Positions 26,465 through 39,459 of a DNA stretch of 64,000 nucleotides are shown here, piece after piece. The notes beneath the pieces were generated by a model. That model was not told the origin of the DNA. It did no database searches and saw only the letters and a list, made by a program, of their open reading frames with translations. Each line of letters starts with the position of its first letter. Position 1 is the first letter of the stretch. The stretch spans positions 39,866,001 to 39,930,000 of the forward strand of contig NC_043005.1 of the NCBI RefSeq assembly GCF_006345805.1. The letters are read 5' to 3'. The stretch is from Octopus sinensis. Its lineage: Eukaryota. Made by a program: the position numbers and the translations under genes.

Positions 26465-26554
26465 ACTTCAACCGTAACGGTTTTTTTAATATACTGCCAC
26501 GCTTCCTGATTGATTCCTTTTCTGTAGAGAAAGGGACTTCATCCTATATTGTTA

Positions 26555-26588
<34 letters not shown>

Positions 26589-26756
26589 AATATTAGGGAA
26601 TAAATCAAATTTACAGGGAAAAAATCAGATTTAGGATAAATCCAATTTTATAGTAAAAATTATATAATATTATTAGAGACAAAACCACTATTTTGCAAAA
26701 AAAACAAGGAAAGACTTAATCAATACATAAAATTTTAATAAAAAGTCAAAAAAACG

Positions 26757-26799
26757 CCACTACAATTGTTTCTTGTCCTGATCGACAATCTTCAGGTGG
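26757..26799 (-). ncRNA. Minimal type I hammerhead ribozyme (left arm of inverted repeat 26661-26986)
   Basis: Exact reverse complement of 26847-26889. Confidence 0.8.
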
Positions 26800-26846
26800 A
26801 CTTCCAATAAGTCAGTTTCAAATTATGAAACTGACTTATTGGAAGT

Positions 26847-26889
26847 CCACCTGAAGATTGTCGATCAGGACAAGAAACAATTGTAGTGG
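26847..26889 (+). ncRNA. Minimal type I hammerhead ribozyme
   Basis: CCAC-CUGAAGA-UUGUC(gaucag)GACAA-GAAAC-aauu-GUA-GUGG: full core, 5-bp stem II, 4-bp stem I, GUA cleavage triplet, self-complementary stem III region. Confidence 0.82.
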
Positions 26890-27094
26890 CGTTTTTTTTT
26901 ACTTTTTATTAAAATTTTATGTATTGATTAAGTCTTTCCTTGTTTGTTTTGCAAAATAGTGGTTTTGTCTCTAATAATATTTATATATATATATATATTG
27001 GATAAAGATCCTTCCCGAGTTATATGGGTACATATGGTCGATATCCTGATTTCCGTGGCGTATATATTTCCCCTTGGACAGGGAGGTAATAGAT

Positions 27095-29400
27095 GCGCCA
27101 TGGAAACCGGTTTATCACAGGAATACTCACTTTCCTACCTGGAAAATGTCACATGAAATTCTTACATCTCCAGCATTAAGAGATTCATTGTCATTGTTCA
27201 AAGTCAGTGTGGTTCTCCATGATCTCATGCTTACAGGCAAGAGGTTTCGCAAAGTAGGCGCTATTTTATACATTTCCAGACATTTCTTAATCCAGTTATG
27301 TGGTAAACTATCAAAAGCATTTTTATAGTCTATCCAGGCTATCGACAAGTTTTTGTCGTTTGTGACAATCTTCCAAGATCATCTTATTGATGAGTAGCTG
27401 ATCTTTGCAACTATAGGACCCACGTTTACATCCTTTTTGCTCATTAAGTAATAAGCCACTTTCTATTAAAAAAACTATAGGTATATTCAGTCAAGACAGA
27501 TGTTAGCATTTTATACATTGTTGTTAAGCAGGTTATGGGTCTATAATTTTTTGGTTCATTTGTTTTTTTCATCTTTTGGAAGTAGGAATGCTACGCCATT
27601 AACTAGCCAAGAGGGAGTCGTACTAAGCTGTTGCAAAACATTGTTGTAAAGTTTTATTAGCGGTTCATGGCTCTCTGGAAAGGCATTCAACCAGAAGTTA
27701 GGAATTTTATCCTTTCCTGGAGAGTTCCATTTGCTTAACTTCCTGAGAACAGATCTTACATCCTCTACCGTAATACCCTCCCACTTTTGCTCTTCTAAGG
27801 AGTCTAAGTCTGAAGATATTCTAAGAATCCAAGGAGCCTTTTCATTGTATGTTCTTTCTTCTGCCCAAAATTTTATTCTAAAATTCCAGCACTTCTTCTT
27901 CTTTTGATGGGACAGACTTTACTGTAACTGGTATTTTTCCTATCTTCCTGTAAAAGATTTTGGGGTTATTTTGAACATGTTATTGTCCTTGAAGAATCTA
28001 ACGAGCATGTCAGACCCAAGTAGATGAATTTGGTGTTGAATACGCTCTTGCCAAGAAGGTTTTTTGTGAGAATGTTCTCGTTTTCTAATCTTTTCACCAC
28101 ATAGAATCGTTGAGATTTTCGGGGATGCATAGTACAGGTGATTGAGATCTGTAATATCAACATTATTAGTTGAAATTATATCCTTAAGTGCAAGGCAGAT
28201 TTTTCCCAATTATTTTCAGGTTTTGGTTAGAATTGCGAATTTTTGGGGAGAGTGTCGCGTTCGTTCATACTGGTTTGTTAATTCTACTGGTTTCTTTAAT
28301 TTTCAACCGTTCAATCATGATTTGATTTTTTAGATCATGTAGTTCTGTTGGGTCAATTTCTGTGTGACTTTCTTCATCTATTTGATTTTCATCTGCCTTA
28401 GTGTTTATGGTTGGTTCAGAGAGTATTTCACTTTGATTATCAGTTATATTAACTCTTCACAATCATTATTGCATTTTCATCAGTCCTGGGTTGGTCTATA
28501 ATTATTTCCTCTATAATATCTGCTTTAGCTGCAACTTCGTTCCTTTATCCCTTACTGATTGTTTAATTTGGTCAATCTCTAATTCAGTTAGTAATTTCGT
28601 ATTTACAATGTTTTTTCTGACGTTGGAAAGTTTGTAACTGTGTATGTAGGGTCTTATTTCAAGGTGTTTCTGTCTCCAGTTAAAGTAGGTTTATACAATA
28701 TTAGATTTATTTGTGTGTGTTTGTGTGTCTGTGTTTGTCCCCTAGCATTGCTTGACAACCGATGCTGGTGTGTTTATGTCTCCGTTACTTAGCGGTTCGG
28801 CAAAAGAGACCGATAGAATATGTACTGGGCTTACAAAAGAATAAGTCCCGGGGTCAAGTTGCTCGATTAAAGGCGGTGCTCCAGCATGGCCGCAGTCAAA
28901 TGACTGAAACAAGTAAAAGAGTAAAGAGTAAAGAGAGAGGGAAATATATGGCATGGTAGAAGGCCATAAGAACTACTTTATTATCTGCCCTAGATCATTT
29001 TTCATTCTTTTTCTTTTGATTATTTGATGACGAGCATGGATGACCATCTATTGGAATATTCCGGTTGTGGGGTACTTCCAGCTCTTGTGTTTCGAGATTT
29101 GAACCAATAACTGTTTTTTCTCATCGAATGTGTTTCATCATTCGAGTACGTGGTCCTTGGTGTTCCGGTTGACGACCAATTCTGTTGTATTTTGCTTTGT
29201 TATCATTGAGGCATGACGAGCTTGGATCTGTCGGTTAAGGGTTAATTTTTTGAGACAACACCGTCTCCCTGTGCTCTGCATGTAAACATTGCTCATAATG
29301 TAGCTTCTTAAGACTAACAGATCTATATTCGTCTGTATATTTTATTGTTGATAGATTTATCTCCGGGGATAGTTTTTGTGGTGTTTTTGAAATTATGAAT
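27095..29400 (-). mobile_element. RLE-type LINE (R4/Dong-like), 5' portion with N-terminus and RT start, decayed
   Basis: [56 protein letters not shown]...DIFQ; N-terminal ..SRADNKVVLMAFY and NWRQKH. Interrupted by a SINE at 28705-28935. Confidence 0.88.
28705..28935 (+). mobile_element. SINE family A, 3' half
   Basis: gcttgacaaccgatgctggtgtgttta...ggcggtgctccagcatggccgcagtcaaatgactgaaacaagtaaaagagtaa. Confidence 0.88.
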
Positions 29401-30043
29401 TGTTCACTGTCTGTGTTAATTCAAAAAATAAAAAAAGTTTTGTTTTGATTTTTTTTTCCTTCTTCGTTTGTGACACGTGTTTTCATATGCGGTAATGTGT
29501 GTCTTGTAAATTTCATGTGGTTGTGTAAACAGTGGGAGGTATATGTAGTCCTATGGGTATCAAAATGTATAAATGATTGTGTAGACATTCGAGTGTATGC
29601 GTAATTACTCAATTTATGCACTTATTGTTTTGTTCCAATTATATTTTATAATTTGTAAACATTCCGATACTGATTTTGCGTGTGTCTTTCGTACATGTTT
29701 CACTGAGACATCGAGCATGAGAGAAACTGTGCTTTGTATGGCAGTAAAATTTCGTTTTTGTGATTATTTTCGTTTAGACTGCTTCCTTCAAGTCTTCCAC
29801 AGGTTCCTTTATCCCATTTCACCGATGTTATTAGATCAGAATTGTTTTTGAATGGGGAGCTCGGTGTAGCACATCCATGTTATTATTCAGCACGTTATTA
29901 TTATCATCATTATTATCATCATTACCATCAGCAGCAGCAGCAGCAGCATCATAATCATCAGTGGCAAATCTAAATAACTGATTAAAAAAATAACAATAAC
30001 ATTAGTGGCAACAAGCGATATTAGCATTAAACAGGTATATAAG

Positions 30044-30136
30044 TTCTTAATTATATTGGAGGGTACACGAAACACCGGAGTTTTACTTCCACTCTCCAGC
30101 AAGCTGGTGCTTCGTATACCCTCTAATATAATAAGA
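30044..30136. repeat. Short imperfect inverted repeat (hairpin or mini-MITE)
   Basis: attggagggtacacgaaacacc (30055-30076) pairs with ggtgcttcgtataccctctaat (30106-30127), 20 of 22 pairs. Confidence 0.75.
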
Positions 30137-30148
30137 ATATATTTTTTA

Positions 30149-30210
<62 letters not shown>

Positions 30211-30236
30211 ATATATATACACATATATATATAATG

Positions 30237-31441
30237 CTGGGTGCGCCGTAAATAATTCCCGATTGATTTTTAGTCATAATTTTTAGTAAAGGGCATATAA
30301 TCACACGAGTTTATGTAACATATACGTTTTATTCAATATGTCCGCCTTTACCCATCCCAATCGCTCGAAGACGGCCGAGAACAGAGTCACACAAATGCCA
30401 GACGACCTCTCGATTTAAACGATCACAGTGATATTTTTGTAGGAAACTCTTGAAACATCGCTTTCTAGAATGGACCAAATACTGAAGTTCATAGGGTTGG
30501 GTTGACGTCTGGGTTGAAGTGGGAGGGCCGCACATTCTTGTCCAGAACCTGCTGAAATGGCTCCTACGCCACTGTTGTGTACACTGGAGGTATGAGAAGG
30601 AGTGCTGACTAGTGTGAACACGTTATTATCTCCAAATGCTTCGGTCACCCATGACAAAACATTACACTTCAAACATTTCATGAAAATTGTCGAATTGACC
30701 TTCGTCCCCTCTTTAATGAATATCAGAGGATATTTTCGATCATCGGATGATACCGCTGCCCAAACCATCACTCCAGCGGGTTTCATTCGGCGAAACACCT
30801 TACGGATACCTCTGATCTCGTGGCCAAAATCCTATTATTCTTAATGTTCTCTACAGCCTCTATCATCTTATCGTCCGATAAGATGAAGACATTGTCACCG
30901 GCACTTTGAATTTTCTTGCACCTGTCCAGTCACTTTGCTTCAGAAGCAGCCGAAATTAGATGTCGACGTTTGACATACAATTTAAGTCTTTACGCACGAC
31001 CTATCGCATGGTTGTCCGGGAGATATCGAGATTTTTAAGCATTCGCACCATGCTCTGCCATGGATTTCACGATACACTCATTCGAACGACAATCGCCAAT
31101 TGTTTCGTCCTTACGGATCGTTTTCAACCAGAAATGGGCTTGCTATCGATTGAACCTGTCTCACTGTAATGTCTTATGACATTATAAATTGTTCTGGGAT
31201 CAACACCAACCCTTGAAGCCACGTCTTTGGTTCTATGTCTTGCTTTTTCCAGAGCTGCAATCTCATTTCGCATGTTAGCTGCCATACTGAAACGTTTTAC
31301 TCACCGAATGTAAACAAACTATGGAGTGCACATGAACAACTGAATGTCGAGGAGTGCATTTTTAATTATTTTTGTGCAATTTCAAACTAAATTAATAAAA
31401 TAATCTTATTTAAATAGTCAAGAATTCTTTACGGCGCACCC

Positions 31442-31443
<2 letters not shown>
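30237..31443 (-). mobile_element. maT/DD37D-like (Tc1/mariner superfamily) transposon, decayed
   Basis: TIRs c(a/t)gggtgcgccgtaaa at both ends; PAGVMVWAAVSSD, K.PLIFIKEGTKVNS, NPMNFSIWSILE; starts MAANMRNEIAAL. Confidence 0.85.
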
Positions 31444-31506
<63 letters not shown>

Positions 31507-31949
31507 TGTGTGTGGTGTGTGTGTGTGTATATGTGTGTGTGTTGTGTGTGTGTGTGTGTAAGTATGTATGTATGTATGTATGTATGTATGTATGCATGGG
31601 ATTCTCAGATAAATCCTTTCTTTTCTGTTTTTTTGCTATTTATTTTAATCGTTTCTGATATTATTGATTTTAACACGAAAAGTATTTTTATCGTAATATT
31701 TTATGAGCTTTTGCTTTTTATAGCTTTATTCTTCTACAACTTTTGTTTATTGTTTTTGAAATTTGAATAAATTTCACCTTTTCAGACACATGACAATGGA
31801 AAATAACGAACGTATTTGTCTGACAACCGAATATAAATGAAATTCTACATCACCAACTTCAAGGTTATATAGTTTCTGCATCAGTTATAGTCAACAAGAA
31901 AATGGGTTCAGTTCCTGAACCTGGTGGTAAATTGTATTCTTAAGCATGC

Positions 31950-32717
31950 CATGTCTGATTTCCTATTCTCCATCTCATGGTCGCACTGAAACATAAATTC
32001 CCATAGGATCATTGCATTATCATTTTCGATGGTGTTCGAGCTTATGTTCGTACCACTTTTTTACTCTGACAAGCCCATACTTGTTGCAAAGTGTCCAATG
32101 GGCAATCCTTACTATAATGTCGTGACGTCTCTTATATTCTTTCTGGACTAGTGGTGTACATTGAATGGTAATATGCCATATGGTTTCACCATTTTGTCCA
32201 CAAATTCTGTACTTATAACTTTCTGATGTGTTGTCTATCCTATATTTGTTGTAATTAGTTCTTAATGCTTGGTCTTGAGCAGCACATATTAGAACGTCCG
32301 TTTCCGGTTTTAAATCACTTTTAGTCATCCATAGCCATATTTTTCTCTGTCTGTCTTATCTTCAACATCACTATGAAATTGTCCATGCATTCTTTTCTTT
32401 ATCCACCTGTTTTTAGTTTCATTCATTCCCAAGTGCTTGTACAGTGCTTCATCTTTGCAATCTTCCATCCTACACAAGCTTGACCTTCTTACTTCCAATA
32501 ATAATGGTTCGTGGAATTTTTACATACCATGCTATTTTGTTTTCTTCTGTTCTAATGCTGTATTCGCATCCAATCAGTCCTCTTCCCTCTCTTTTTCTTG
32601 ATACATGCAGTCTGTGTCACTTTGTGGGTGGAGTATCCCATATCTAGTCAGCAACATGTCTTTCTGTCTAAGCTGTTTAGTTCGTCTACTGTCCATGAGA
32701 TTACCCCTACTCCATAT

Positions 32718-32718
<1 letters not shown>
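31950..32718 (-). mobile_element. RLE-type LINE (R4/Dong-like) internal fragment (post-RT, CCHC region)
   Basis: YGVGVISWTVDELNSLDRKT, LHPQSD, GRGLI, ETDVLICAAQDQALRTNY, CGQNGETIWHI..CTPLVQKEYKRRHD, ILWEF; begins directly after a (TAA)n/(TGA)n array. Confidence 0.88.
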
Positions 32719-32860
<142 letters not shown>

Positions 32861-34639
32861 TTAAGCGGATGACAAAAAAGAAAAAATGCAGAATTAAGAG
32901 GATTTTCTTTTGGCGCGCTTCCTTCTGGGCCTATCGTCGTGAGAGCTTTCGGGTGCAGCAGAGAGAGCAGTGACAGACGCTGTAGGAGATGACCAACAGA
33001 GACGGCGGATAGCAGGTGACAACACAAAGGCAATGAACAGTCAGAGGACAAACGACGTTAGAAGTCAGTAGCCGGCAAGCAACTAACCGTACTGTATTTG
33101 CTGCTACAGGTACACCAAGAACAAAAGCTCTCTCGCCGTCTTGTAGTTCGTATCATTTTTTTTTTTTTTTTTTTTTGAGTGAAGCGGGTACAAAAAGAAT
33201 AACTTCTTGCTTATCAAAATTAACAGATTCCAGTGTTCCAATGTTCTTTTTCATATATTTGTTTATGTAGTCAATTGTTGATACTTTTGTGGTTGGGGGC
33301 GTGCGTGTGTGTATAAGTTTCAATTTTTGGCACAGGCAAATTCGACCAGGGCAGAAATTGAACTCAAAATATAAAGATGGATGAAACGTCGCTAAGCATT
33401 TTGTCCGCTCTCCGCATTAGAAATTTTTTTTATAAATTAGATTACTCGGAAAACGTGAGCCAATGTGGACTCTGTAAAGTACGCGGCCTGTTTCGCTTTT
33501 GCTGGGGTCATAACATACTTTTATTCTGTTTGGTATCGAGATTTCGTTGAAATCCTAAATAAATCAAAACCAAATATTGTATATGCATTCATCTCTTTCT
33601 GTTCATTTGCGAGAGCACATTTTTCAAACATTCCTCACCGAGCTAAATCCATTCAAAGAATCATGATTCTTTTACGACCATTCATCTTTCACATACATTT
33701 TTTCCCCCTCTTCTTTTATTTTCTCTTATATATGTGTGTGTTTATGTGTGTTTGCATGTATGTATACATGTGTGTGTGCGTGCGTCTGTGTGTGTGTGCG
33801 TATGTGATGGGTGGGAGTGGATAAATGAAGGGGGATTTAAGGAAGAAGGTAGATACAGGAAGATAATACATGGTTATCTAGTCGTCCGTTTTAAATAGCT
33901 TCGGATTCATTCGACCTCGTCCGTTACAGTTCGTTAAAGATCGTGTATCTCGTTTTTGGTTTTGTTTTGCTTTTGTTTTTTCCATTTTCTATATGAAGCA
34001 TTTCTCCAACACAACTGCACTTCTGATGTGTTTGCATTGAGATAGATGATCTCTCTCTCACTCACTTTCTCTCTCTCTCTCACTCACTCTCTCAATCTCC
34101 CTTACTCTCTCAATCTCTCTTACTCTCTCTCATCCTCTCTCTTTCTCTCTTTCTTCCTGTCTTTATCTCATCCTTCCTCTCTTTCCTCTTTCCCACTGTG
34201 TGTAAAAGCCGTTACTTGAGTATGTTTTAAAGGGGAGATTTTTTGCTGCCTTTGAAGTGAGAAACGATGTGTATATAGGTGTATGTATCATGTATCTAAG
34301 TATGTATGTATGTGTGTTTGTGTGTATATGTGCGTGTATGTGTGTGATCATGCGTGTATGAAGGTTAGAATATATATTTTTGGAAAAAAAAACGAAATTC
34401 TCTATTGAAGTTTGTGAAAGAATGGCCAAGTAGATATGATAACGGACAATTAACCAAAATATGAAGGTTTCGTGTCCTGTTAACGGCACTACCCAACTCT
34501 AAATGCCTTCAGCTCATCTCACAGGATACAAATCGAGCAGGATTGGAACGACCAATCGTTTTATACAGAGTCAGTATAGTAAAATTCATAACAAGAAATT
34601 TTTTAGCATGCTGTGGCTGGGTTCAACTCACCCTGTATG

Positions 34640-34960
34640 TTTTAGCTTATAGGAAAGTGGTGCCAGATAAACTGGTTTGCACAAGATACGCTAAGTTATG
34701 GGGATGTAAACAAACCAAAACTGGTTGTTAAGTGGTGGGGGGTAAGCACAAAGACATACACAAAGCACACACACACACACATACATACACACACATACAC
34801 TCACACACATATGTATATATGACGAGCTTCTTTCAGTTTCCGTCTGCCAAATCCACTCACAAGGCTTTGGTCGGCCCGGAGTTATAGTAGCAGACACTTA
34901 CTCAAGATGCTGCGCAGTGGGACTGAACCCAAGACCACATAGTTGGGATGAAAGCTTCTC
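34640..34960 (-). mobile_element. SINE family A, decayed
   Basis: gagcttctttcagtttccgtctgccaaatccactcacaaggctttggtcggccc...gggactgaaccc. Confidence 0.8.
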
Positions 34961-35681
34961 ATCCAACAATTATACATAATGCATACTTTGATACTTACAT
35001 AAGTTTCGGTCAGTATTGGTCCAGACCATCACTAATTCAATAACATCGACTGGAAAAGGCATTTACTGATGTTTCATATTACAATCACTCTGTGGGGACC
35101 ATAGCCCATTTGAGAAAAGAGTTATTGTTTGTAGAGCTATAGGCAGGTATAGGTGGTTTATCTGGAATTTGTTGGACCATTTGATTAACATTATTTATTG
35201 AGATACTCGTTTGCTACTGTTTCAGTAAACTACAGTGCGGATACACTATCACTGATGGCTGTCAACAAAGCAGAAAGATGTACTGAGTTGTCTCCCGTGC
35301 TAAACGGGAAACTGAAAACAAACGTTAGTTATCGATTGATATAGTTTTTCTCTCATGGTATGTTTATCGTACATTAACTTTTAAGTGTTCCATGCATTGA
35401 ATTTGCTTTTGAATATTAAACCGTATTTGGATAAATTTCTATCCGACAGTCTAAAGACTCTGCTGATTCACCAACCAAATAAGTTTATCCTTGGTAAAAA
35501 AAAACACCATTATATAATTTGTTTTAACTTATAGCACCAACGATAACTACCAGGTCCTGCGAAGACTTAGGCCGTTACTTATCATATGGAGATAATTTGC
35601 AGCACAGTGAATGACATGATGTTTCCGAGGATAGAAATAAACTCAATATCTGTGTACACATAAAGAGAGATACGTACATTC

Positions 35682-35755
<74 letters not shown>

Positions 35756-35779
35756 TGCACGTTTAATGACTTTCCCCGA

Positions 35780-35940
35780 ATTAAAACTAACAATTTGTTG
35801 AAATGGCCTAAACGATTTCGCAGGGGAGACCTGAGCCTTGAAAATCGTGAACGTAGTCGACGCCCATCTGTCATCGATGACGGTCAATTAAAGACCGTCA
35901 TTGAGAAAGATCCACGTAAAACCACTCGGGGACTGGCAAA
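35780..35940 (+). mobile_element. Mariner transposase fragment (same family as 42285-43573)
   Basis: KRFRRGDLSLENRERSRRPSVIDDGQLKTVIEKDPRKTTRGLAK; DNA matches the reverse complement of about 43125-43250. Confidence 0.85.
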
Positions 35941-36169
35941 ATTGACATTTCTAGATAGACTCGTCACTAAAGCAACCAACTGGAAATCCTTTGTTCTTTG
36001 TCTCATTCTTCAATACTTAGCTGACATTTCTTTATATACACTAAATTCAATAAAGATATCACCCAAACTGCTTAAAAAGCAACCTTCCTAAAAACTCATA
36101 CTTTGTTTAAACATTCACCGAAATCTACACCCCACACACCCACACACTCGTGCATATACTCAAGTAGAT

Positions 36170-36390
36170 TATATTGATTTCAAATTTTGGCACAAGGCCT
36201 GCAATTTTTTGGCAGGGTGGAATAAATCGATTACATCAACCCCAGCGCTCAACTGGTACTTATTTTATCGGCTACGAAAGAATGAAACTCAAAGTCGACC
36301 CCGGCGGTATGAACTCAGAACGTAACGATAGACGAAATGTCGATAAATATTTCGCCCGGTATGCCAACAATTCTACCACCTCAGCGCCCT
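36170..36390 (-). mobile_element. SINE family B, decayed copy
   Basis: tcgattacatcaaccccagc..actggtactta...gaactcagaacgtaacg. Confidence 0.7.
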
Positions 36391-36439
36391 AAGCTCATTA
36401 TATATTATCTATTTTCTGAGACAGTAGGTTCGATTTGTT

Positions 36440-36870
36440 GTAAATTGATCGTTATTTCTTATTTCTTTATTGCCCACAAGGAGCTAAACATAGAGGGGAG
36501 AAACAAGGACAGACAAAAAGGTTAAGTCGATTACATCGACCCCAGTGCGTAACTGGTACTTAATTTATCGAAAGGATGAAAGGCAAAGTCGACCACGGCG
36601 GAATTTGAACTCAGAACGTAACGGCAGACGAAATACTCATTTCTTTACTGCCCACAAGGGGCTAAACATAGAGTGGACAAACAAGGACAGACAAACCGAT
36701 TAAGTCGATTATATCGACCCCAGTGCGTAACTGGTACTTATTTAATCGACCCCGAAAGGATGAAAGGCACAGTGGACCTCGGCGGAATTTGAACTCAGAA
36801 CGTTGTGACAGACGAAATACCGGTAAGCATTTCGCCCGGCGTGCTAACGATTCTGCCAGCTCGCCGCCTT
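36440..36870 (-). mobile_element. Dimeric SINE family B element
   Basis: One head followed by two body+tail units joined at gtatttcgtctg; low divergence. Confidence 0.88.
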
Positions 36871-37599
36871 TTGACCGTTATTTCTATCAGGTTGAGCAAC
36901 CACATAGAACATCGTACAGTGGGGATTAACTATGCAAATAATGATCCTTAAAAGAGCCACAACATGGAGAAGAGCTACGTGTGCTTTAGCCGACTTCATT
37001 AAGTCCTAGGGAGACTGCTTAAAGTCAACGACTCAGCAAGTTGGAATTTTATCCGGGTTTTCAATGTGTTTATGCTGAGTGTATAAAACCGCCCACTTCT
37101 CTGAATTACCCACACCACATTCCACCAAGTTTTCAAATGAGAATACTGAAGTAACGTATAACGAAGAAACATGCTAAAGGAAGCAATAACTCTACCCGGT
37201 CAAAAATCGAACTCTCTAACGATGCTAAATATGTCCTACTTACCCATATTTTACCACCACCACCACCACCACCACAACCACCACTCGCCCAGGGATAAGG
37301 GATAAAGTTGATCGTTGCAAAATTTTACTTTGGAGCCGTGTAGGAGGAAAAACCAAATACGGTAATACACTTAGCTCGTCGCTCTTTTATATCGGTCACC
37401 TTGATGACCTCAAACAAGAAAATAATATTGATAAATCTTATTAATAACTTAAAAAGCAATGTATATCTGGACGATATAGGTTTTCTCGTAGGAATTTCTA
37501 CTTCAGAAACCTTAGTTAAATTTTGGCGTTTGTTCATGGATGTGTGTCTGTGTAATGTGTGTTTGTGTAATGTGTGTGTATGTTTGTATTTGTGAGTGT

Positions 37600-37791
37600 G
37601 TATGTTGTGTGTGCATATGTGTGCGTGCGCATTTAAGTGTATAAATTAGTATTTATATCTGTGTGTATATGTATATTTTAATGAGTTTACGTGTAAGTGA
37701 ACGTGTGTATGTATTTTTGTCTGTTCGAATGTATGCGTGTATTGGTAATTATTTTTTTCTCTTTGTTGTTTGTGTGTGTGTATATGTATGC

Positions 37792-37822
<31 letters not shown>

Positions 37823-37873
37823 CGTGTGCGTGTATATATATATATATATATATTATACATACATACATATATA

Positions 37874-37926
<53 letters not shown>

Positions 37927-38101
37927 GTATGTATAAATATATGTATGTGCGTATTTTCGTGTGTATATGTGAGCGTGTTTATGTGTGTAGATGTGTGTGG
38001 GTGTATGTATTTTTCTAGGTTTATGCGTGGAGGGTGGTGAAGATTTTTCGACCCGAGATATTTCTCTTCAGAAGTCTTCGTTAAATGTTGGCGATTGTTC
38101 A

Positions 38102-38154
<53 letters not shown>

Positions 38155-38420
38155 TTGTATGTATGTATTTATGTTTGTTTGTGTGCACATTTATATATAT
38201 ATATATATATGTGTGTGGAATATATATATATATATATATATATATGTATAATAATATAAATATATATGTATATATGTATATATGTATATATGCATATATG
38301 TATATATATATATATAATATATATATATATATACGTGTGTTTGTATATATATATATATGCGTGTATGTGCGCACGTTCATGAGCATGTGCGTGTGTGTGT
38401 GTGTGTATGTGTATACGCGC
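37600..38420. repeat. (TG)n/(TA)n microsatellite-rich tract
   Basis: Directly visible. Confidence 0.85.
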
Positions 38421-39459
38421 GTGCGCTCAAAGATCTTTCAACCCAATATATTTTTCTTTAGAACAGGAACAAATAATTTTTCCTTATCGATAAAAAATTT
38501 CCTCTGTTTTCTAGATTTGGTTAAGCAAGAGAAACAACACTGATAGTCGTAGTAGTAGTAGTAGTAGAGTAGTAGTAGTAGTAGTAGTAGCAGCAGCAGC
38601 AGCAGTAGTGTGGGTGGAGTGGTAGCAGTAGTAAGAGGAAGTGAAATAAAGAATTTTTTTCCTTATATCTTATCAACATTCTCTTTCTTTATTTCTCTCT
38701 CCAGCTTTTCCCCCCTCACCTACTTCTCCCCAACTTCTTCGGCACCTCTATTCTGTTATTCAATATACACCTACCAGGAATATGCTGGCAAAATAGGTCA
38801 AAGTTTACAATAGAACACACATTAGTTGGAAAAAAAAAAGAGGAAGTTGAAAATCTTAGTGATTCTTTTTTACCAAAATTTTTACCAAAATAATCAATTC
38901 AACGAAAAGAATTCTCCTTCAAAGTCTTGATTACATACTGAAAGAATCGGAACAAAATAGTCGGACCCACAAGCAGCATGCATCCGTGAAACAGGCTTCC
39001 TGTGTGGACTGTAATAAATTGAGCAAAAAACATTAATTATTATTTACTTTTTCCCTTTTAGCTTTTAACTTTTACTTGTTTCTGCCATTGACATATGCTG
39101 ACACTGAGGTACCCCCTTGAAAGGTTTAGTCGAACAAATCAACCCCAATACTTGTTTTTTTTTTTTTAAGTCTGATATTTATTCTAACAAAGCGAGCCTT
39201 CTTAACTACAAAAACAAAAAAATCACAGCATTAGGAATTGCTTCGGCGAGATAAAAGCTTGTAAAACAGTAAAAACTTGCACATACTTCATCATCCGGAC
39301 ACCAGACTTGCCGAAACGCAAAGTTATGGGGCCGTAAAGAAACCAAAAGCGGTTGTCAAGTGGTATCGGACAAACAGCAATAACACACACGCACACTCAT
39401 ACACACACATACAACACATATATACACATCATAGTCAGTTGCTTTATAACCATATGCTT

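Noticed and set aside
26495-26540. ctgattga followed by the hairpin ttccttttc-tgta-gagaaaggga
   Set aside because: The hairpin is real but no GAAA/NUH follows, so it is not a hammerhead.
29060-29135. Minus-strand tcgatgag...ctcgaaac resembling a hammerhead
   Set aside because: Core is not CUGANGA, there is no cleavage triplet or stem I, and it lies within the LINE N-terminal region.
29795-29880. Possible HDV-like ribozyme at the presumed 5' end of the R4/Dong-like LINE (minus strand, ..cggtgaaatggga)
   Set aside because: Some pseudoknot-like pairings exist (caccga/tcggtg, cccat/atggg), but P3/L3 do not fit, the catalytic C position is U, and linkage to the LINE is unproven.
35215-35290. ctgatgg...cagaaag..gta hammerhead-like string
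   Set aside because: Core and stem III both deviate; not distinguishable from chance.
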